From the NCBI GenBank assembly GCA_049323935.1, contig JBMONN010000004.1:16486-80485 (forward strand): DNA of 64,000 bases, in the 5' to 3' direction. The number at the start of each line of letters is the position of its first letter. Position 1 is the stretch's first letter. The translations under genes and the position numbers were made by a program. The notes under the pieces were generated by a model that made no database searches, was not told the DNA's origin, and saw only the letters and a list, made by a program, of their open reading frames with translations. Below, one piece after another: positions 9,151 through 15,652 of the stretch. Source of the DNA: Thermodesulfobacteriota bacterium (GTDB taxonomy: Bacteria > Desulfobacterota > Desulfobulbia > Desulfobulbales > SURF-16).

Positions 9151-10578
9151 ATGACACTGGTAAATGGAGAGTGTGTTGTGAAGCGACCCGGATCGGGAAA
9201 AGGACCGCAACGTCTTCTCGTGCGCATCGTCGTCCCTTTCGCCCTGCTCTTTGCCGGCGCCGCCCTCATCTTCTGGCTGCTCTCCTCCTGGCTCATCGTC
9301 CGCTCCCTGCACGATGATCTCCGCCAGCAGATGACCAGAGTCGCCGGCGTGATCTCCCGGGCAAGCTATGTGCTGAACCCGCACATCCTCGCCCAGATGC
9401 GGGATGTCGTTAGTGCCGAGATCATTCTCTTTGACGGCGAGGGGGACATCCTCCACTGCACCATCCCCGGCTGGCAGCAGGCGGCAACGGCGGCCGCGAT
9501 CAGGGAAAAGGGTTTTGTCGATGCGGCCGCGGTCCCGCCGGTCATCGAATTTGCCGGGAGCCGCTATCATGCCGTTATCCAGCCGCTGACCCTGCCGGGG
9601 CATGGCCAGGCCTTTCTCTGTCTCTGGAAGAAGGCGGGCGAGGCCGAACGGTTGCGCTCCCGTATCCTGGCCGCCACCGGCTGGCTGGCGCTCGGCGGCA
9701 TCGTCGTCCTCTCCCTGCTCGGCTATTTCATCGTCCGCACCATCACCCGGCCGCTGGAGGAGCTCGCGCACCTGACCAGCCGGATCGCGACCAACGATTT
9801 CAGGCAGCGGGCAAGGGCGCGGGGCCGCGATGAGATCGCCCTGCTGGCCGACTCCTTCAACACCATGCTCGACCGGCTGCAGGACTATGAACAACAGCTC
9901 GTCCAGTCGGAAAGGATGGCCACCGCCGGGAAAATGGCCGCCGGTCTGGCCCATGAGGTGCGAAACCCCCTGACCAGCATCAAGATGTTTGTTCAGGTGC
10001 TCCTCAACCGGCTGCGCGATCAGCCGGACAACCGGGAGATGGTGGCCGCCCTGCTGCGGGAGATCGAACGGCTGGAGCGGATCATCGACCAGCTCGTCGA
10101 GCGGGCCCGGCCGAGCGAACCGGCCCGACGGCCGGGCGCCATCAACGAACAGCTCACCGAGGTGCTGGCCCTTGCCGGTCCGGCCCTGGAAGCCGCCGCC
10201 GTCACCCTGGAAAGCCGGCTGGCCCCGGACCTGCCCTCGCTCTGCTATGATGGGGAAAAGATGAAACAGGTCTTCTGGAATCTGCTCATCAACAGCCGGG
10301 AGGCGATGGGCAAGGGCGGCGGGATCGAGGTGATCTCGCAGCCCGGGCCCGGCGGGGTCACCATCACCGTTGCCGACAGCGGGCCGGGTATCCCGGAGGA
10401 GGCCATTGAGGAGTGTTTCGCCTCTTTTTACACGACCAAGCCGGAGGGGCTGGGGCTCGGGCTCTCCACCAGCCGCGACATCGTCGAGCGGCACGGCGGC
10501 ACCTTGACCCTGGCCAATCGCCCCGGCGGCGGCCTGGTCGCCACCATCTTTCTGCCCGCGGACAAGGAGGGGGCATGA
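9151..10578 (+). CDS. Sensor histidine kinase (two TM helices, HAMP, HisKA, HATPase); NtrB/AtoS-like
   Basis: HAMP (TRPLEELAHLTSRIATNDFRQR...DEIALLADSFNTML). H-box AAGLAHEVRNPLTSI. N-box FWNLLINSREAM. G-boxes VADSGPGIPEE and GLGLGLSTSRDIV. Start taken at ATG 9151; GTG 9178 is an alternative. Confidence 0.85.
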   Translation: MTLVNGECVVKRPGSGKGPQRLLVRIVVPFALLFAGAALIFWLLSSWLIVRSLHDDLRQQMTRVAGVISRASYVLNPHILAQMRDVVSAEIILFDGEGDILHCTIPGWQQAATAAAIREKGFVDAAAVPPVIEFAGSRYHAVIQPLTLPGHGQAFLCLWKKAGEAERLRSRILAATGWLALGGIVVLSLLGYFIVRTITRPLEELAHLTSRIATNDFRQRARARGRDEIALLADSFNTMLDRLQDYEQQLVQSERMATAGKMAAGLAHEVRNPLTSIKMFVQVLLNRLRDQPDNREMVAALLREIERLERIIDQLVERARPSEPARRPGAINEQLTEVLALAGPALEAAAVTLESRLAPDLPSLCYDGEKMKQVFWNLLINSREAMGKGGGIEVISQPGPGGVTITVADSGPGIPEEAIEECFASFYTTKPEGLGLGLSTSRDIVERHGGTLTLANRPGGGLVATIFLPADKEGA

Positions 10579-11969
10579 GCACCATTCTGGTAATTGATGA
10601 CGAGGAGATGATCCGGCGCGCCTTCAGCGAGTTTCTCAAAGACGAGGGCCACACCGCCCTGCTGGCCGCGGACGGCGAGGCGGCCCTTGTCCTGCTCGAA
10701 AGGCAACGGCCGGACATCGTCTTTCTCGATTACCGGCTGGCGAGCCGGGACGGCCTCGCCCTGCTGCCGGAGATCCGGCAGCGGCTGCCTGGTGCCGCCG
10801 TTATCTTCATGACCGCCTTCGGCACCATGGCGGTCACCATCCGCGCCATGCAGCTCGGCGCCTATGAGTATCTGACCAAGCCCTTTGATCTGGCCCGGGT
10901 CCGCGAACTTATCAACCGTATCCTGACCGGCAGACAGTCCCTGGCCGCCCTCGGCGACGAACCGCCCCCCGCCCTTTCCCTCGACCGCATGGTGGGCCGC
11001 AGCGCGGCCATGCAGGAGATCTACAAGATGATCGGTCTGCTCACCACCCAGGATGTCACGGTGCTGATCACCGGCGAAAGCGGGGTGGGCAAGGAGGTGG
11101 TCGCCCGCGCCATCCACGACAACAGCCCGCGCCGGGAGGCGCCCTTTGTCGCGGTCAACTGCGGCGCCATGCCGGAAAACCTGCTGGAATCGGAGATGTT
11201 CGGTCATGAAGCGGGCGCTTTTACCGGCGCTCTTGCCCGCCGGATCGGCCGTTTCGAGGCCGCCGGCCGCGGCACCATCTTTCTCGATGAAATCGGCGAA
11301 CTGCAGCCCGCTCTCCAGGTCAAACTGTTGCGGGTTTTGCAGGAAAAGAGTTTCGAGCGGGTTGGGGGCAACAGCCCGGTGCCGATGGCGGCCCGGGTCA
11401 TGGCCGCCACCAACAAGGATCTGCATGCCGAGATGGTGGCCGGCCGTTTCCGCACCGATCTCTTCTACCGGCTCTACCTCGTCCACCTTGCCATCCCTCC
11501 CCTGCGACAGCGGCGCGAGGATATTCCGCTGCTGGTCGAGCACTTTATCAGCCGCTTCAACCGGGAACAGGGGCGGGCGGTGCGCGGGGTGGCGGCCGCC
11601 GTTATGCGGACGCTGCTCGACGCGGCCTGGCCCGGCAACGTGCGGGAGTTGGAAAATGCGATCCGGCGGGCCATGGTCCTCTGCCGCGACGACATTCTTC
11701 TGCCAGAATTTTTTGAATTGCCCGACCCGGGCGAGCCGGTAGCCGGTGATGCCCTCCCATTGGCCGCCGCGGCACAGCAGACCTTTGCCGCCCTGCTGGC
11801 GACAAAGGAACGGCCGCCCCAGCTCATGGAGCATCTCGTCGCCATCGTCGAGAAAACGGTGTTGGCGGCGGCGCTGGCGGCCTGCAACGGCAATCAGGTC
11901 CACGCCGCCCAGCTCCTCGGTCTGCACCGCTCGACCCTGCGGAAAAAGATGGCCGATTACGGGCTGTGA
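10575..11969 (+). CDS. Sigma54-dependent response regulator (NtrC/AtoC family; PrsR-like by context)
   Basis: ATGA overlap with the kinase stop. REC domain (ILVIDDEE, VFLDYRLASRDG). Sigma54-interaction AAA+ domain (GESGVGKEVVARAIH, GAFTGA loop in EAGAFTGALARRIGRFE, IFLDEIGEL). C-terminal Fis-type HTH (QVHAAQLLGLHRSTLRKKMADYGL). Confidence 0.9.
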   Translation: MSTILVIDDEEMIRRAFSEFLKDEGHTALLAADGEAALVLLERQRPDIVFLDYRLASRDGLALLPEIRQRLPGAAVIFMTAFGTMAVTIRAMQLGAYEYLTKPFDLARVRELINRILTGRQSLAALGDEPPPALSLDRMVGRSAAMQEIYKMIGLLTTQDVTVLITGESGVGKEVVARAIHDNSPRREAPFVAVNCGAMPENLLESEMFGHEAGAFTGALARRIGRFEAAGRGTIFLDEIGELQPALQVKLLRVLQEKSFERVGGNSPVPMAARVMAATNKDLHAEMVAGRFRTDLFYRLYLVHLAIPPLRQRREDIPLLVEHFISRFNREQGRAVRGVAAAVMRTLLDAAWPGNVRELENAIRRAMVLCRDDILLPEFFELPDPGEPVAGDALPLAAAAQQTFAALLATKERPPQLMEHLVAIVEKTVLAAALAACNGNQVHAAQLLGLHRSTLRKKMADYGL

Positions 11970-12070
11970 GCGGTCGAGACGGCTTTTTTTCTGGGCCCCG
12001 GGGGAGAAAGTTTCCCGGGGCAGGCCGGGAGAAAGGGGCGACAGCATTGTGCGCAGATCTCAATGGATTC

Positions 12071-12086
12071 GGGCGCCGCTTTTGCT
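12071..12086 (+). promoter_or_regulatory. Candidate sigma54 (-24/-12) promoter upstream of the TPR lipoprotein gene
   Basis: GGGCGCCGCTTTTGCT has GG and GC at the exact GG-N10-GC spacing. The -12 region TTTGCT is good. It lies 73 nt before the ATG at 12159. The -24 region is only partly consensus. Confidence 0.3.
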
Positions 12087-12158
12087 GTATACTGACCGAA
12101 AGGCCGCAATCATTGTTGCGCCCACTCTTGTCAACCACTGCCGATAAGGGCACCGATC

Positions 12159-14459
12159 ATGAAAATGTCATTGCCGACCTTCACCCTTGCCTCTCTTGTC
12201 GTCGCTCTGTTTGTGTTCTGCTCCTGCTCTCCGGACGCCAACAGGAAGGTGGAATTTTATGAAAAAGGACGCGCCAGCCTGCAGGCGAACAACGTCAAGG
12301 AGGCGATCATCGAACTGCGCAATGCCGTGCAGCTTGATCCGAAATATGTCGAGGCCCGCTATCAGCTCGGTCTTGCCTATCTCAGGGATAATAATCCCAG
12401 ACAGGCGTTCGAGGAATTGACCAGGGTCTGTTCGCTTGCCCCACAGCACGTCGATGCCCATCTGCGGGTGGCCCGCCTGCTTTTTGAGGGCAAGCGGATA
12501 GCCGAGGCAAGATCCTTTCTCGACAAGGTGCTCGATGGCGCGGCCGCAAACGAGGAGGCCCAGCTGCTTCTTGCCGATATGGAGCTGGCCGACAATCATG
12601 CCGACCGGGCGGCAGAGGTGATCGACAAGATTGTCGCCAGCAATCCGCAAAGCGAAGCGGCCTTTGCCCGCAAGGCGCAGCTCCTTGCCATCGGCAAAAA
12701 ATATCCGGAGGCCGAGGCGGCGATCAGGCAGGCGATTACCCTTATGCCGGACAATTTCGTCAATCACCAGTTTCTCGTTTCACTGTTGCTGGAGCAGGGG
12801 AAAAGCGAAGAGGCCAAGTCCTATCTCGATCAGTTGACCGCCCGCTATCCGGAACAGGCGGAACCCCTGCTCGGACTGGCGGCGCTGCACATGAAACTGC
12901 ATGACTACGGGCAGGCCGCAGCCACCATCGAACAGGCCCTGTGTCTGCAACCGGGCGAAACCAGGCTGTATCTTCTCCTGGCGGACATCCTGGTGCAGGA
13001 CAAAAAGGCCGACAGGGTTGACAAGACGTTGCGGGACGCCCTTGCCCTGGCCAAGGAGCCGCTCACCATCCGTGCCGCCCTCGCGAATTACCTCTGTGAA
13101 ATGGGCCGTTTTGCCGAGGCAACGGCCGAGGTGGCGATCATCCTGCAAGAGAACAACCGCCACCCCCTGGCCAATCTGGTCCGGGCCCGCCTGTTGCTGC
13201 AGGAAGGGAAGAACAGCGAGGCCCTTGCCGCCCTCGCTGAGTTGATCCAGCAGCAGCCTGACTGGGGTGAGGCCTATTATTACCAGGCCCGTGCCCAGCT
13301 TGGGGCAGGGCGGCAGGAGCTCGCTCATCAGGCGGCAATCCAGGCGGTCAAATTCAGCCCCAGGGACGGCAAAAGCCATCTGCTCCTGGCCCGGCTGCTG
13401 CTCGACCAGGGTGATTTCGCCGGCGCCGGCCGGGAGGCGGCCGTGGCCGGCCGGCTTGATCCGGCAAGCGTAGCGGCGGCAATCATTTACGGCCGCAGCC
13501 TGCTGGGCATGAAGGAGTATGACAAGGCGGCGGCTGTTTTTGAAAAAATCCTTGCCAAACAAGGAGAGAACGCCGAGCTGTTCAGCCTGCTGGGCCAGAC
13601 CCGGGCCGCCATGGGGGACAGGGAGAAGGCGGCGGCCCTCTTTGAGAAGGCGCTCGCCCTGGCGCCTGCTTCGACCAGGGATCTGCAGGCCGTCGCCCGC
13701 ATCGCTCTCGGGCAGGGCAAAAAGAAGGAAGCACTGGCGCGGGTCGAAGAGCAGATTGCCCTGGCGCCGGATCATCTCGACCATCTGCTGCTGCTTGGCA
13801 CCATCGCCCTGGAGGTCCGCGATTTCGGGCGGGCGGTGGAGGCGTTCCGGCGCGCCCGGCAGCAAGGGCCGGAAAAAATCGAACCCTATATCTTGCTGGG
13901 CGATGCCTTGGTCAAATCCGGCCAGCCCGATCTGGCCGCGCAGGAGTTTCAGACCATTCTCGCCAAAAAAACCGACCATATCCCGGCGCTGATGGGCCTG
14001 GCCAATCTCCATGTGCTGCAAGGGAGAAAGCAGGAGGCCCGCGAACGCTATCGTCGCATCCTCTCGCTGCAGCCGGAGCAGCCGATTGCCGCCAACAACC
14101 TGGCCATGCTCATCCTCGACGAGGACAAGCCCGACCTCGGCGAGGCCCTGCGACTCGCCAGCCTGGCCAAGGAAAAGCAGCCGAACAATGCCGCCATCAT
14201 CGATACCCTGGGCTGGGTCCATTACATTCGCAAATCCTATGCCCTTGCCGAGGCGGAGTTTCGTCAGGCGGTCCGTCTCGCCCCGGATAACCCGCTCTTT
14301 GCCCAACACCTCGAGCTGGCGGCCAAGGAGGCGCAAAGTAAAAAGCGGCAGGAGGGCTATGCCAGCGGCCGCGAGCAGTTTGATCCCGCCGGCCTATCCC
14401 TGGAAGGGCAGACAGGCGAAGACAAGGGGAGGCAGGACGAGGTGCCGCGCGGCTGGTAG
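12159..14459 (+). CDS. PrsT-like PEP-CTERM-system TPR-repeat lipoprotein
   Basis: Signal/lipobox-like N-terminus (LVVALFVFCSCSP). The opening segment YEKGRASLQANNVKEAIIELRNAVQLDPKYVEARYQLGLAYL is typical of PrsT, and TPRs continue along all 766 aa. It sits directly after the HK and sigma54 RR and directly before PEP-CTERM genes. Confidence 0.7.
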   Translation: MKMSLPTFTLASLVVALFVFCSCSPDANRKVEFYEKGRASLQANNVKEAIIELRNAVQLDPKYVEARYQLGLAYLRDNNPRQAFEELTRVCSLAPQHVDAHLRVARLLFEGKRIAEARSFLDKVLDGAAANEEAQLLLADMELADNHADRAAEVIDKIVASNPQSEAAFARKAQLLAIGKKYPEAEAAIRQAITLMPDNFVNHQFLVSLLLEQGKSEEAKSYLDQLTARYPEQAEPLLGLAALHMKLHDYGQAAATIEQALCLQPGETRLYLLLADILVQDKKADRVDKTLRDALALAKEPLTIRAALANYLCEMGRFAEATAEVAIILQENNRHPLANLVRARLLLQEGKNSEALAALAELIQQQPDWGEAYYYQARAQLGAGRQELAHQAAIQAVKFSPRDGKSHLLLARLLLDQGDFAGAGREAAVAGRLDPASVAAAIIYGRSLLGMKEYDKAAAVFEKILAKQGENAELFSLLGQTRAAMGDREKAAALFEKALALAPASTRDLQAVARIALGQGKKKEALARVEEQIALAPDHLDHLLLLGTIALEVRDFGRAVEAFRRARQQGPEKIEPYILLGDALVKSGQPDLAAQEFQTILAKKTDHIPALMGLANLHVLQGRKQEARERYRRILSLQPEQPIAANNLAMLILDEDKPDLGEALRLASLAKEKQPNNAAIIDTLGWVHYIRKSYALAEAEFRQAVRLAPDNPLFAQHLELAAKEAQSKKRQEGYASGREQFDPAGLSLEGQTGEDKGRQDEVPRGW

Positions 14460-14584
14460 ACCGGGGCGTTTTTTTTGCAAACGTCATCTCCTGTGCGGCG
14501 GCCTGTCTGGCGCAAGCGGCAGGATGAGCGGGCGGCGCCGAGGGAAGGAGATAAGGATATCGGCATGATTACCCATGCGGCAAA

Positions 14585-14607
14585 TTCCGTTTTCCGGGAA
14601 AACGGAA
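14585..14607. promoter_or_regulatory. Perfect 11-1-11 palindrome TTCCGTTTTCC-G-GGAAAACGGAA (candidate enhancer-binding-protein site / UAS), unit 1
   Basis: Read directly from the sequence. It overlaps a second inverted repeat, CCGGGAAA-N9-TTTCCCGG (14595-14619). It lies ~175 nt upstream of the sigma54-like promoter at 14781 and is conserved (1 mismatch) at the same relative place in unit 2 (19195). Confidence 0.5.
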
Positions 14608-14780
14608 CGGTTTCCCGGATTTTTCCGGCGTGCTATTGGCTGAAAACCGGCCGCCGGGGCGATCGGCCCTTCCGCTACGCTGTGGTGGCGGAGGTGTAAC
14701 CTGTTGCAATACGGATTAAAAAATGGTCGTCCGCCTGGAAAGTGGCAAGGAGGATCGATGTTGTTCTTTTTGGAAGAAAA

Positions 14781-14796
14781 CGGAATGGATTTTGCA
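14781..14796 (+). promoter_or_regulatory. Candidate sigma54 promoter of the PEP-CTERM gene, unit 1
   Basis: CGGAATGGATTTTGCA has exact GG-N10-GC spacing and a strong -12 TTTGCA. It lies 70 nt before the ATG at 14866. The same 15-mer recurs at 19389-19403 in unit 2. Confidence 0.45.
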
Positions 14797-14865
14797 AAAA
14801 AAAATTAAATAATTTGTGCCTGCCAGTCTGTAACAACACGAATACCTGACAAAAAGGAGACAAAA

Positions 14866-15540
14866 ATGAAAAAACACAAAACTGGGATACTGGCAACGGC
14901 CTTGGCCCTGGGCATCACTGCCTCGCCGGCCATGGCAGCCATCGATCTGTTCGACTGGGCGTTTTATGTTGATGGAACCACATATGAGTTGACGGCCGGA
15001 GATTCGATGCCGACCTCGGGCACCTTGGTCGACGGCCTCGGCAGCCTTACCTGGTCGACCAGTGTTGCCGGCAGTCACACCTTTCTTGCCTTTTTCGATC
15101 TGGAGATAGACGAAGCGGTCAATACCTATTTTAATGAATACGGCGCCGCCCATGGCAGTGCCGCAGCCGGTCAATCCTGGGAGATCGATGAGCCTGGCTA
15201 TCTGTTTGGCGATATTTATAACAATCTGCTGGCCGGGTCGCTGGATAACAGCAATGGTGTTCCGGTAAGTTTTCCAGATGACGTCTCCTTTGCCCTGGGC
15301 TGGGATTTTACCCTTGGCGTCGGTGAGACGGCGACCATCGTCCTCAACCTGACCAACGCCGCGCCGCAGGCCGGTTTTTTTCTCAGCCAGACTGATCCTG
15401 ACAGCGCTGAAAGTGTATATTTTTCCAGCACCCTGCGGACGAGCGGTGAGCCTATTCCCGAACCAGCCACCATGCTGCTGATGGGGACCGGGCTGGCCGG
15501 CCTCTTCGGGGTGGGCCGCAAACGGATGAAGAAGGCGTAA
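14866..15540 (+). CDS. PEP-CTERM sorting-domain protein (small secreted protein)
   Basis: Signal peptide MKKHKTGILATALALGITASPAMA. C-terminus ...SGEPIPEPATMLLMGTGLAGLFGVGRKRMKKA carries a PEP motif, a hydrophobic helix and a basic tail. RBS AAAGGAG upstream. Confidence 0.85.
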   Translation: MKKHKTGILATALALGITASPAMAAIDLFDWAFYVDGTTYELTAGDSMPTSGTLVDGLGSLTWSTSVAGSHTFLAFFDLEIDEAVNTYFNEYGAAHGSAAAGQSWEIDEPGYLFGDIYNNLLAGSLDNSNGVPVSFPDDVSFALGWDFTLGVGETATIVLNLTNAAPQAGFFLSQTDPDSAESVYFSSTLRTSGEPIPEPATMLLMGTGLAGLFGVGRKRMKKA

Positions 15541-15558
15541 GGCGGCAGGATGGCGCTG

Positions 15559-15578
15559 CCGTTTTCGGGGGAAAACGG
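15559..15578 (+). other. Intergenic hairpin CCGTTTTC-GGGG-GAAAACGG between the PEP-CTERM gene and the large gene (unit 1)
   Basis: 8-bp perfect stem with a 4-nt loop. It shares the CGTTTTC/GAAAACG core with the upstream palindrome. It recurs at 19834-19853 with one mismatch. No T-tract follows it. Confidence 0.4.
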
Positions 15579-15652
15579 GAGGAGCCGACTGCGGACGTCG
15601 AGCATGACAACAAACGGGAGAAGTGAATAACACGGAAGATAAAGGGGGAAAA

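Noticed and set aside
14459-14480. GACCGGGGCGTTTTTTTTGC after the TPR gene as a terminator
   Set aside because: A T-tract is present, but I could not find a convincing GC stem preceding it. It is left unannotated.
14693-14708. GGTGTAACCTGTTGCA (conserved again at 19302-19317), which looks like a -24/-12 promoter
   Set aside because: The GG-to-GC spacing is one base too long for sigma54 (13 instead of 12 from the first G). The correctly spaced CGGAATGGATTTTGCA, 75 nt downstream, was preferred. The conservation of this element between the two units remains unexplained.
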